This document shows positions 1 through 8,719 of a stretch of 64,000 bases of DNA, one piece after another. Numbering within the stretch: position 1 is the first letter of the stretch; each line of letters begins with the position of its first letter. The stretch comes from a virus. Lineage: Duplodnaviria > Caudoviricetes. The stretch lies in IMG/VR virus record IMGVR_UViG_2852079565_000004, positions 32,001 to 96,000 of that record; one strand, written 5' to 3'. The position numbers were made by a program, and so were the translations under genes. The notes beneath the pieces are model-generated. The model was not told where the DNA came from, did no database searches, and was given only the letters and a program-made list of their open reading frames with translations.

Positions 1-367
1 ATTTCTTCACCATAAAAGTAAAAGGCTGCTTAATTAGCAGCCAGATTGATTTGATTCGGGACATTAACTTACTAATGACAACAATTGACATGATGTTGCC
101 ACCAGCGGAAAAGACAACGAGGAAAAAGACACCATCAAATACAACATCAGATGGTGCTGACACTCGTTCACCACCTAATGTTTCCCATATCTGGTAAACC
201 CAACAAATAATTAAAATAGTGCCTACGACAGAATCTCTTCGCTTCTCATAACGACAAAGAAATACAGTCGCGGCTGAAACAAGCATGAATGAAATATCAG
301 CAGCATCCAGCGGGTGAACCTCCACCCAGCTTGTTAAATCCGTGAAGATAGTTAAGAAGGCTTCCAT
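1..367 (-). CDS. Phage holin-family membrane protein, runs off the window start
   Basis: Manual translation MEAFLTIFTDLTSWVEVHPLDAADISFMLV...FSAGGNIMSIV...; ATG overlaps the upstream stop (TAATG); several hydrophobic segments; no stop before base 1. Confidence 0.65.
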   Translation of the reverse strand, partial: MEAFLTIFTDLTSWVEVHPLDAADISFMLVSAATVFLCRYEKRRDSVVGTILIICWVYQIWETLGGERVSAPSDVVFDGVFFLVVFSAGGNIMSIVVISKLMSRIKSIWLLIKQPFTFMVKK

Positions 368-780
368 TAGTTACCCCCTTTATTTCGCCAATCTTTAATG
401 GCCTGTACGATACTGCTGAAGTTTCGGTCTATTGATGCTGCAATACGACTAAACAACTTTCTAAGATTGTCTTTGTTTGCAGCAAGCACCAAAACGGGGA
501 TTAACAAAGCCGAAATAATAACTGCCATTATTCTAGGGCTAATATCCCAGCTCCATATCTGTGAGATAACATCAGAAGCTTCTTTAGCAATGAGGATCCC
601 CACACCAAGAGCTAAAATAAAATGAAGTATCTTTCGTCGGTTGTTATCTTTAGATGCAATGACGGAAACTGAAGCGCCAATAACTGCCCCTAGCACAACA
701 CCATAGTCGGCACCAATAAGGAAGCCGCCCATCGCGCCACCGCCAGCAGCACCGAGGGTTATCCCTATTGATGTGCTCAT
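367..780 (-). CDS. Putative holin (multi-TM)
   Basis: Gly-rich TM helices, basic C-terminus, first gene of the lysis cassette position. Confidence 0.7.
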   Translation of the reverse strand: MSTSIGITLGAAGGGAMGGFLIGADYGVVLGAVIGASVSVIASKDNNRRKILHFILALGVGILIAKEASDVISQIWSWDISPRIMAVIISALLIPVLVLAANKDNLRKLFSRIAASIDRNFSSIVQAIKDWRNKGGN

Positions 781-802
781 AAATGATTTTTTCTCTTAAC
801 AG

Positions 803-1051
803 TTAATGAGAAGGTGTTTTACCTCTGCAGATAACCCGAACCGTATCACCCGTTACCGTAGTAATGTAGGCATGGTCTGTTCGCTTGATATCAAATGCAG
901 GAACACCGTCTTTTGTTGTGTATTCTAATCGAGCGGCAATATCGGGATTATCGACTACTGGATAAAACTCCAGTCGGTACATATTTCCCAAATAATGTGA
1001 CTCTTCAACTTTACGGCCTTCACGTTCAGTTATTAATTTAAGTGCGTACAT
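803..1051 (-). CDS. Phage hypothetical protein
   Basis: 82-aa ORF with AAGGA RBS, late orientation. Confidence 0.7.
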   Translation of the reverse strand: MYALKLITEREGRKVEESHYLGNMYRLEFYPVVDNPDIAARLEYTTKDGVPAFDIKRTDHAYITTVTGDTVRVICRGKTPSH

Positions 1052-1206
1052 AGTTACGTTCCTTAGTGCGTGGGTAATAGAAAATCCACCAGCTACAGAA
1101 GCTAGTGTGGGTTAATGAATTCAGTTGATATTTAGGTTAAGTTAGAGGTTCAGCCCTATGTGGCTTACCGAAGGGATGGCTGATTAACTTCGGTGTGGGA
1201 AGATTT

Positions 1207-1416
1207 ATGCAATTTAATCTAACGAGCGTTCGTTCTGTGGATCATAGCGAAGAATCAAATAAACTTACTGTGACACTGGCTGGCGGTGATGGCTCCATTC
1301 ATAATTTTGACATTGATATCACAGGTAAAAATGTAATGAATCTAACCTTAAGAGATATTGAAAAATTAGCAATTCAACATGCTAAAAATAGTTTTGTGAA
1401 TTGTTCTAACGGTTAA
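1207..1416 (+). CDS. Small moron protein, loosely DUF1327/YdfR-like
   Basis: NKLTVTL...FDIDI...IEKLA pattern resembles recalled DUF1327; opposite strand to the late operon. Confidence 0.45.
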   Translation: MQFNLTSVRSVDHSEESNKLTVTLAGGDGSIHNFDIDITGKNVMNLTLRDIEKLAIQHAKNSFVNCSNG

Positions 1417-1585
1417 AATTTCCAACAGTAACAATTCGCGCACTTAGTGCATCTAATTCACAGCTCATTGCCGCTTGCATGTCAGTGAGCTGTTTTTCTA
1501 ATGCTGTTACTCGTTCTTCTAAACTACGATCCGCTTTTACTTTAGAAATACGGGTAATTCGTGCTTTTTTGATATTTCGACTCAT
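1406..1585 (-). CDS. Small coiled-coil phage protein
   Basis: GAGG RBS before MSRNIKK; LEERVTALEKQL heptads. Confidence 0.55.
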   Translation of the reverse strand: MSRNIKKARITRISKVKADRSLEERVTALEKQLTDMQAAMSCELDALSARIVTVGNFNR

Positions 1586-1604
1586 GACTACCTCTCTTAA
1601 ATAG

Positions 1605-1632
1605 AAAAAGGCCACGCAATGCGCAACCCTTG
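1605..1632 (-). terminator. Intrinsic terminator-like hairpin
   Basis: GGTTGCGC-ATT-GCGTGGCC followed by TTTTT on the minus strand. Confidence 0.55.
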
Positions 1633-1726
1633 GAATGGGTGACTGATATAGCTCAGTCTAGCTGTCTTGCGCTAACAAGACTGTGTGGCTACTGGAATAA
1701 TTTTTGGAATATTTTGTTGTTCGAAA

Positions 1727-1915
1727 TGGTGTTGTGGAGGCATACGCTGAGAGTGTATGCGTTCAGGTTCCCCATGACGTGTGTGCTTCTATCCTGATAA
1801 GTACAGATAACCCATGCGAGTTAGCCAGTCAGCCTTGGCATTCTCCACAATGAAAACTCTACTCGCTTTAATTCCGCTATGTGCAAGATAGAAGCTAGCA
1901 AATAGAGTTTTCATT
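1727..1915. ncRNA. Candidate structured RNA(s): multi-arm fold plus long stem
   Basis: TTGTGGAG(1732-39)/CTCCACAA(1843-50) closing stem; GCATAC hairpin at 1740-1760; 13-bp perfect IR 1849-1861/1903-1915. Confidence 0.4.
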
Positions 1916-2021
1916 ATGTGAACTCAATCGCTTTTATAAATTTACCTTAAGTAAAGTTGGTGGTATAAGTAAGTTGACTAGCGTTGCTTTAGTTACTTTC
2001 TGCTTATTGATTCACTTTATA

Positions 2022-2082
2022 GCCACCACCTTCGGGTGGTATTTTTTTGTCAAAAATAAAGCCCCACCAAGGTGGAGCCTTA
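2022..2082. terminator. Back-to-back terminators
   Basis: ACCACC-TTCG-GGTGGT-ATTTTTTT on +; GCTCCACC-TT-GGTGGGGC-TTTATTTTT on -. Confidence 0.65.
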
Positions 2083-2251
2083 TTTGTACATCGCACATAT
2101 TATTCATAAACATTTTGTGATTTTTTTGGTAATTAAACAGTCTAACTGATGTTCGTTGAATTACCTTTGTTCAATGATAATAGACTAAAATTTAAACTTA
2201 TCCTTTGATGACTGTCACGTTATGACTGTGTGCTTCTGATATCGCTTTCTG

Positions 2252-2572
2252 TTATTTATGTTCTGCCGTTGAGTGGTCGCGCCGCTCACATACGCAACAA
2301 TGGCGATTCAAGTATTGCTCGCCCTCAAATTTATCACTCAAAGCTATACCATCTGGTAAAAGTGCCCACGCAACATAAAAACTATGAGGGCTCATTATCT
2401 CACCAGGTGAATAGTAAATTCCGATAAAGCAATCATCTTCATCTTTATCGACTTGAATATAGCCAATATGCCAACCATCGCACGGATTAAGTACAATAAC
2501 CTCTTTTCCGTCTAAATCTTCTGTTGGTAATTCGCTGGCTGGTCTGAACACTAATTCGGTAGGTATTTGCAT
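2252..2572 (-). CDS. Phage hypothetical protein
   Basis: ORF in late orientation; GAGG RBS before MQIPTEL. Confidence 0.65.
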   Translation of the reverse strand: MQIPTELVFRPASELPTEDLDGKEVIVLNPCDGWHIGYIQVDKDEDDCFIGIYYSPGEIMSPHSFYVAWALLPDGIALSDKFEGEQYLNRHCCVCERRDHSTAEHK

Positions 2573-2630
2573 ATTAGGCCTCAACTAAAAATGAAAGCCT
2601 GATTTAGCTCAGGCTGGCTGCTGTTAGCCA

Positions 2631-3689
2631 CTACAGCTTTTGTCGCTCGGTATTCTGCTCTATTTCTAACTTAGTTTGCTCAAACCGCTCAGTTTCAAGC
2701 TCTACCCCAATAACACGGCGATTAAGTTTTAATGCTGCTTTTATTGTTGCACCTGAGCCCATAAAGAAATCGGCCACAACATCACCTTCACGGCTACTAC
2801 TATTGATAATGTGTTCCATCATCGATGAAGGTTTTTCACAAGGATGCTTGCCCGGGTAATATTGCACAGGCGGATAGGTCCATACATCGGTATAAGGAAC
2901 ATCAACGGTCACAGAGAATGGACGCCGTAATAGTTGATATTGTTCAGCAATCTCATGATACTCATGTCTTAACGTGGCTTGCTCCATTGCTAGTTCAGCG
3001 TGTCCACGAGCCAACGGGTTTTTACTTAATTTTTCCTCAGCAACACGCTTAAATAGCTCCTGAAGCTTTAAATAATCGGTTTCACTTGGTAACTGCCACT
3101 GGCTATAACCGAACCAATGCGATGCCATTTGCTTACCTGTTGCCTCGTGGATCTCTTTTGCTGTTACTCCTAACGAATCGCGGGCTTGCTTGAAATACTC
3201 AATCAACGGCTTAAGCACATTTTCTTTAAGTTTACGGCATTGCTGCAAGTATTCACTACCCTTCCCTTTATAGGGGCCTTGGTAATGCTCAGCAAAAATA
3301 ATACGTTCTGTAGCGGGGAAATAACTTCTAAGACTCTCTTTATTTTGCCGCCGCCATGGCCCCGATGGTTTAGCCCAGATGATGTGATTTAAAAGATTGA
3401 ACCGCTCACGAACCAATATTTCAGTATCAGCCGCCAGTTTAGATCCGCAAAACATATAAAGACTGCCCGTTGGCTTTAATACCCGCCAAAATTCCGCCAG
3501 CATTTCATCAAGCCAAGATAAATAGGCAGTGACATTTTCCCATTGATTATCCCAACTACAGCTTTTAACTTGAAAATAAGGAGGGTCTGTTGCGATTAGG
3601 TCGATACAATTATCGGGAAGTGTCTTTATATAACTGAGTGAATCATCATTAACCAAATTTATACCGCTTGATATTACAGTGCTTTTCAT
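2631..3689 (-). CDS. DNA adenine/N4-cytosine methyltransferase (beta class)
   Basis: DPPY catalytic motif, HPCEKP, DFFMGSG SAM-binding motif. Confidence 0.93.
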   Translation of the reverse strand: MKSTVISSGINLVNDDSLSYIKTLPDNCIDLIATDPPYFQVKSCSWDNQWENVTAYLSWLDEMLAEFWRVLKPTGSLYMFCGSKLAADTEILVRERFNLLNHIIWAKPSGPWRRQNKESLRSYFPATERIIFAEHYQGPYKGKGSEYLQQCRKLKENVLKPLIEYFKQARDSLGVTAKEIHEATGKQMASHWFGYSQWQLPSETDYLKLQELFKRVAEEKLSKNPLARGHAELAMEQATLRHEYHEIAEQYQLLRRPFSVTVDVPYTDVWTYPPVQYYPGKHPCEKPSSMMEHIINSSSREGDVVADFFMGSGATIKAALKLNRRVIGVELETERFEQTKLEIEQNTERQKL

Positions 3690-3823
3690 AGATCAGGAGA
3701 ACCTTTTTTGATAAGCTCACCTAGCTTTACGCGTATAAGCGGTGGGCCTTGGTTTGTCCGTGATCCGTTTCAGTACGGGCGAATGGCTGGGAAGGTGCTA
3801 CAACACCCACCAGCCGCCCATTT

Positions 3824-4027
3824 TCACAGTTGGATATTTTGAAATGTGTTTTCTTTGATGTTTTCTTTAACTAACCCAGCCATTGCTAACTGAGTTAATA
3901 TTAACTGGCAGCGTGGCTGTGTTAGCCCTGTGACTTGCGAAACCTCACCCGCCGTAACAGCCTCAGTGTATGGGGTAGCCTCAAAAATAATTTTAGCTTC
4001 TTGCGTTATATCACTCTGTTTTACCAT
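3824..4027 (-). CDS. Small winged-HTH protein
   Basis: TAGEVSQVTGLTQPRCQLILTQL HTH-like segment. Confidence 0.65.
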   Translation of the reverse strand: MVKQSDITQEAKIIFEATPYTEAVTAGEVSQVTGLTQPRCQLILTQLAMAGLVKENIKENTFQNIQL

Positions 4028-4115
4028 GATATTTTAAACCTTTGGTCAGTTATTGTGCATAACTACACATGTAACTCTGACCAAATGGAACAGCAAGTCT
4101 TATATTTATTTAAGG

Positions 4116-4143
4116 CATAAAAAAACCCCGCATCGCGAGGTTA
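4116..4143 (-). terminator. tR'-like terminator downstream of the late promoter
   Basis: AACCTCGC-GAT-GCGGGGTT-TTTTTT just 3' of Q. Confidence 0.7.
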
Positions 4144-4194
4144 TATACAACTTGGGCAACATACCAAATTAGCCTTGAATATGGCCTATTTTGT

Positions 4195-4866
4195 TCATTT
4201 TTGCAAGTTATAGTGCTTATTTTTGGATATTTGACTATTTCGTGTTCGCCCCATGGATAACAAAGCCTGTTTGTCTAACTCATAGCAAATATTTAAAAGG
4301 TCGTTCCAATATACTTCATAGTTCATTTTCCAGTTATTACGCTCTACACCCACCAGCCGCGCTAGGTCAGTTTGTAAGTAATCACGACCAGTACAAACCT
4401 GAACTGATAACCAAACCAATGACCTCAATCTCTCTTTGACCTTTTTGGTTATTTTCTTACCTTTATGCTGTTTTTCAAATTCAGACCATATGTGAACACT
4501 AATATTAACCTGATGCTCAAATTTTAAACTATACCCATAACAATACTTTATCCATGAGTGTTGCTCTTCACTTAACGCATTGATAGCCCTACGCCATGAA
4601 CACAGTAAGAAATCTTCATGGTCTATCATCGGCTTTGGAGTTCGGCAACTGCGAGTTTCCAATACATAAACTGGATCCGTATCACGGCAAACAAGGCGGC
4701 CATTTAATTCCAAATCCCTTTTTCTAATTCTTGGGGTTGTCCTAGTATCTGTTAACCCAAAATCTTCAAATGCTGCAAGTTGCCCCTTCGTTGCTACTCT
4801 TAAATTTGATGTAGCTACCCATGCCATATCGCTTAAATATTCCAAGTCATGCGCATAAATTGGCAT
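4195..4866 (-). CDS. Phage late antiterminator Q
   Basis: TKGQLAAFE, SWRRAI, W.MNY..YW motifs; upstream of tR'; GGAGG RBS before MPIYAHD. Confidence 0.8.
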   Translation of the reverse strand: MPIYAHDLEYLSDMAWVATSNLRVATKGQLAAFEDFGLTDTRTTPRIRKRDLELNGRLVCRDTDPVYVLETRSCRTPKPMIDHEDFLLCSWRRAINALSEEQHSWIKYCYGYSLKFEHQVNISVHIWSEFEKQHKGKKITKKVKERLRSLVWLSVQVCTGRDYLQTDLARLVGVERNNWKMNYEVYWNDLLNICYELDKQALLSMGRTRNSQISKNKHYNLQK

Positions 4867-4898
4867 ATAAAACCCTCCACTGCGTTCCGCACAACGCA

Positions 4899-5438
4899 TT
4901 AACCAAAAACACCCAGTGCCGCTGAACGGTCTAGGAATCGAAATAACAAAACCAACTGACTTCCGTGCTCCCTTTCCCATCCGTTTGGATCCTTATGCAA
5001 CTCGCTGTGGTGAATGCGACATAATGGAATAGTGAACAAGTCATGGGCTTTAGTACCAGTTCCACCTTGTCCGTAACCTATTAAATGGTGAGCATCATCC
5101 GCTGTGGTGCCACAAACACAACACGGCTGTGATTTAACCCACTTAAGGTATTCATCGCTTGTCCAGCGTTTAAACTTTGGCTTTAGCATTAGGCTTGCTG
5201 GTGGCTCAGGATCGACGGTTAAATTTAATGCAGGTTTTGATATCTGTTCATCACCAACCAAATCGCTGAGGTATTGACCAGAAAAAGAGATAAGACCCGA
5301 TGGTTGATGTTTTAATTCATCAGGTAATGTCGAGATCAGCATTCTGCCATTAAACAAATTTAGGCTTACTCCTGGTCTAAACATCACAGCATTAACTTCA
5401 GGAATAATGATGGGGGTTAATATCCATTGGTGATTCAT
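4899..5438 (-). CDS. DUF968 (YdfU-like) HNH-type protein, short form
   Basis: YLKWVKSQPCCVCG..ADDAHH, TIPLCRIHH, WEREHGSQ. Confidence 0.85.
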   Translation of the reverse strand: MNHQWILTPIIIPEVNAVMFRPGVSLNLFNGRMLISTLPDELKHQPSGLISFSGQYLSDLVGDEQISKPALNLTVDPEPPASLMLKPKFKRWTSDEYLKWVKSQPCCVCGTTADDAHHLIGYGQGGTGTKAHDLFTIPLCRIHHSELHKDPNGWEREHGSQLVLLFRFLDRSAALGVFG

Positions 5439-5821
5439 GACATTTTCTCCACTTCTGCATTGAGGGGCCTTATTTCAATTTCAAATCGACCACCTTTTAC
5501 TACTTCACACCATCGTATATCTACATGCCTTACTTGCTTGTCATCTTTCCATACGTTCGCATAGGTAAGGGCATCAAATGGCGCTTTTAAAAAATTATCT
5601 ATGTCTCTTCTGTGATTAGTTGGAGGGTACATTTTCACAATGACAGATACATTTTCTTCTATCGCCACAGGTCTTTTGCGTAATTGCTGATATACCGCTG
5701 CTATTGCATTAGCCCGAAACGCACGCCCTTTCTCACTGATGATCATAGTGCCACGAACAGTCCGCCAGCACGCATTAACACTTGGAGGAAAAGGCAGTAC
5801 GAGGATTAAAGATCTAGGCAT
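5435..5821 (-). CDS. rusA: RusA Holliday junction resolvase
   Basis: LPFPPSVN, RRDIDN, DAL...DD motifs. Confidence 0.93.
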   Translation of the reverse strand: MPRSLILVLPFPPSVNACWRTVRGTMIISEKGRAFRANAIAAVYQQLRKRPVAIEENVSVIVKMYPPTNHRRDIDNFLKAPFDALTYANVWKDDKQVRHVDIRWCEVVKGGRFEIEIRPLNAEVEKMS

Positions 5822-6210
5822 ATTTGGCCTCCCCCTGTAACTACGGAAAATGCCCTGCCATTTGTATTTAAATATTTACCCCAGTGTGCTTTTCGGATGA
5901 TTTCAGCTTGTTCGATAGTAAAGCTCGCTTCACGCAAGCCACCCTTGTGACGTCGAACCATAAAGCCTTTTGCGTATAATGATTGGCAAATTGGGCAATA
6001 ATCCACGGTATCCATAAATCCAGCGGGGCCAGAAAAAAAGATATTGCTCTGCCATGTTGCACACTCACGACACACTGGAGCATCGCAGGTATGATTTTTC
6101 CTTAGCGTTATCATATTGCCGTTTTCATCCTCATCGGCATCAAAACCAAGAACAAAATCACACAGCAAGGTTGCTTTACCACCACAGAACATGCATTTAT
6201 TGCTAGCCAT
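5806..6210 (-). CDS. Cys-rich zinc-binding phage protein
   Basis: Multiple CxxC motifs; overlaps neighbours in the operon. Confidence 0.7.
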   Translation of the reverse strand: MASNKCMFCGGKATLLCDFVLGFDADEDENGNMITLRKNHTCDAPVCRECATWQSNIFFSGPAGFMDTVDYCPICQSLYAKGFMVRRHKGGLREASFTIEQAEIIRKAHWGKYLNTNGRAFSVVTGGGQICLDL

Positions 6211-6385
6211 TCGTCACCACCTTATTCCAAATTGCTACTGCTGATGGCTTATCATTTACTGCAGGGCCTTTCGCCCCACAGCTATGACAATAAACATAAA
6301 ACCAAGTGCGGTATTCGAGGGTTTGAATGTGCAGATCCTCGCTGCCACATTTACACTGGTGAATTTCTGGCATTTTGTTTTTCAC
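6203..6385 (-). CDS. Lar-family restriction alleviation protein
   Basis: CKCG...VYCHSCGAKGP...AVAIWN. Confidence 0.8.
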   Translation of the reverse strand: MKNKMPEIHQCKCGSEDLHIQTLEYRTWFYVYCHSCGAKGPAVNDKPSAVAIWNKVVTNG

Positions 6386-6705
6386 TGCCTAACCCCCGCC
6401 AGCAATTCATCAAATTTCTGAACTAACGTGGATAACTTTGTCTCAGTAATAAAACTCGCTGAGTCGTTGTGGGAGCGAAACTTGCCCTCTTTTAGCATTT
6501 GCTCGCTATCCTCAGATACACGATAAAGTCCTTTTTCTACCTGATAAATCAAACCATAATTCAGCAATGACTTGATTATCGCTGTTGCGCCAGAGTGTTT
6601 TTTCATATTGAACTCGCTGAACAAATCATCACGACCAAAGGTTCTACCCTTAAAATGGGTAGTAAACTCCATATAACGACGCTTCTGTGAAGAATTCCCT
6701 ATCAT
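6382..6705 (-). CDS. Phage hypothetical protein (winged-helix-like)
   Basis: Coupled overlaps with both neighbours; C-terminal FDELLAGVR. Confidence 0.7.
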   Translation of the reverse strand: MIGNSSQKRRYMEFTTHFKGRTFGRDDLFSEFNMKKHSGATAIIKSLLNYGLIYQVEKGLYRVSEDSEQMLKEGKFRSHNDSASFITETKLSTLVQKFDELLAGVRQ

Positions 6706-8471
6706 GCTGCCACCCCCATTTTTTTAGCTAACCATTGCGCTTGCTCTATAAACGCCTTACCGCGCTGTTCCAGTTCTTCTCTGCTGATGTAATCAAATGC
6801 TTTTCCATTCCATGTTTTATCGAATACAACAATTGCCCCAGCAAAGAATGCGCCAGTTGGTTTTTGTTTTTCATCAGCGGGGATAAACCACTTCGGAACG
6901 TCAAAACCAATACGCCCACGGATAAAACAGATGTGATCTGCATTTTCTGGCCACCACACTTCACTCGTTGCCGCTTTCAATAAAAAGACATAACGGCCAC
7001 CAAGTTCCCGCATCGCTGAAGCATGAGACATAATGTGACGAACGCCAGTGATTGCCTGTTTTTCATGATATGAACTGCGTGAGTACGGAGGGTTACCAAA
7101 GGCAACACCGCCAATTTCTTTTAACTTCGCTGACCAATCTTGCGTGAGTGCGTTATCTTCAGCTGTATAGAAATGAGGAGCCTTACTATTTTCACCATCG
7201 GTGAATAGGTCTAGTGTGAAAGGTCCATAAATTGAATTAATGCCACATACGAGGTTTTCGGGGGATTGCCACTGATCCCCAATTTCATTTAATTTATGGG
7301 TAGGCTGTAACTTCAACGAATTGAGCTTTTTAACGTAATCACTTTGCGGAATGGCCTGCGCTACAGCATTGCAAATACGCTCACCAATCCAACGCATGAC
7401 CGGCACAGCCATTGAATTACCAAGAGCGCGATAGCGGTGACCATCTGGGCAATCATCAATAGATTTATTATTGAAAGGTACTTTGGTGTGATTATCGGGA
7501 AAGCCCTGTAGGCGTTCGCATTCAATTGGGGTTAATCTGCGTACGATATTGTTAATACTAACGCCATGGCGATCTACTTTTGTTAATGTGTATGAAATAT
7601 CGCTTTCGTTGTAGCCATTTCCATTACCGCCATTTTCAGGTTTACGGCCTATTGTATTACCCGCTAATGCAACAACATGAAAATCGCCAGTGAATGCTTC
7701 TTGGTTGCCTAGCCAGTGTTTAGCACCGCAATTTGCTAAGATGGTTCCTGTTGTTTGATTGCCGCTTGCAAGGCATTCTCCAACATCGCTGGTAATTGCT
7801 TCCCTCTGCGCTCTGCTCGTCTCAATATCCCCTCGCATGCCTGCTTGCTCAAATAATATTTCTGAGACACTGATGTCTTTTCTAGCAGTTGCGACAACGA
7901 AGACACGACGACGTCGTTGGGGCACTCCGAAATATTGAGCGTCGAGGATCCGCCAAGCGATAGTTCTTTGTGGTCCAGACACAACACCAGCGTTTGACCA
8001 TTTTTCCCCTGTTGGCTTAAGTTCTTCACTTTCCCCGGCAAGTCCAGCAAGAAAACATCCAAAGGCATTGTCTTTGCTGCTGAGAACGCCGGGGACATTT
8101 TCCCAGACGATGATTGCTGGCTCTTTGCCTTCGTTTTTTCTGATTTCATCAATACAGTCCGCTAATTCAACAAATGATAAAGTTAGTTGCCCACGCTCAT
8201 CACTTAAACCACCACGTAAACCCGCTACGCTAAACGCTTGACATGGAGTGCCACCTACCAACACATCTGGCGCGGTTACTTCACCAACTTTCAATTTGTC
8301 AGCAATCGTAGTCATGTCGCCTAGATTTTTAACTTCTGGCCAGTGATGATTTAATACTGCGCAAGGGAATGGCTCAATTTTACTAAACCACTCAGGTTTC
8401 ATGTTTAATGGTTCCCAAGCAACGCTTGCAGCTTCAATGCCAGAGCACACAGATCCGTAAGTTAATGACAT
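6702..8471 (-). CDS. Fused C5-cytosine methyltransferase + phage N6-adenine (Dam-type) methyltransferase
   Basis: N-part SVCSGI, GGTPCQ, ENV, PQRRRR, RLQGFP, LGNSMAV; C-part DQWQSP, LDLF, NPPYS, RGRIGF. Confidence 0.9.
   Translation of the reverse strand: MSLTYGSVCSGIEAASVAWEPLNMKPEWFSKIEPFPCAVLNHHWPEVKNLGDMTTIADKLKVGEVTAPDVLVGGTPCQAFSVAGLRGGLSDERGQLTLSFVELADCIDEIRKNEGKEPAIIVWENVPGVLSSKDNAFGCFLAGLAGESEELKPTGEKWSNAGVVSGPQRTIAWRILDAQYFGVPQRRRRVFVVATARKDISVSEILFEQAGMRGDIETSRAQREAITSDVGECLASGNQTTGTILANCGAKHWLGNQEAFTGDFHVVALAGNTIGRKPENGGNGNGYNESDISYTLTKVDRHGVSINNIVRRLTPIECERLQGFPDNHTKVPFNNKSIDDCPDGHRYRALGNSMAVPVMRWIGERICNAVAQAIPQSDYVKKLNSLKLQPTHKLNEIGDQWQSPENLVCGINSIYGPFTLDLFTDGENSKAPHFYTAEDNALTQDWSAKLKEIGGVAFGNPPYSRSSYHEKQAITGVRHIMSHASAMRELGGRYVFLLKAATSEVWWPENADHICFIRGRIGFDVPKWFIPADEKQKPTGAFFAGAIVVFDKTWNGKAFDYISREELEQRGKAFIEQAQWLAKKMGVAA
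7736..8152 (-). CDS. Nested out-of-frame ORF, M.EcoHK31I beta-subunit-like
   Basis: 138-aa same-strand alternative frame with SLSQLLE...KYYLS...GILRRAERRGKQLP. Confidence 0.6.
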   Translation of the reverse strand: MMKSEKTKAKSQQSSSGKMSPAFSAAKTMPLDVFLLDLPGKVKNLSQQGKNGQTLVLCLDHKELSLGGSSTLNISECPNDVVVSSLSQLLEKTSVSQKYYLSKQACEGILRRAERRGKQLPAMLENALQAAIKQQEPS

Positions 8472-8719
8472 TAGATAGCACCCCGCTGCTGGTGGGATTT
8501 AACATACTCGCGCATATGCTTATAACGCTGCTGAACTTGAAAATGGTCAGCATGATGGTTTAAATGGCGAAACTTCCTGCAGGTAACTAAATCACGACGG
8601 GATTGATTCCATCTGTTGCGGAGCTTGCGAATAGTGCGCCATTTACGAAGCTGCTTGAACATGGCAATCATGCCTAGCACGTCAACGCCATAAATTGTTT
8701 TAGTTTCACTACGCATCAT
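8471..8719 (-). CDS. Basic phage hypothetical protein
   Basis: ATGA overlap with the rep stop codon; GAGG RBS. Confidence 0.65.
   Translation of the reverse strand: MMRSETKTIYGVDVLGMIAMFKQLRKWRTIRKLRNRWNQSRRDLVTCRKFRHLNHHADHFQVQQRYKHMREYVKSHQQRGAI

Noticed and set aside
2631-3689. Restriction-modification system
   Set aside because: No adjacent endonuclease; orphan phage methyltransferase context
4867-4980. N-terminal extension of Q in the ORF track (similar extensions for terS, portal, resolvase, PrpF, hub)
   Set aside because: Better-placed downstream starts (RBS and/or family N-terminus); several extensions overlap neighbouring genes
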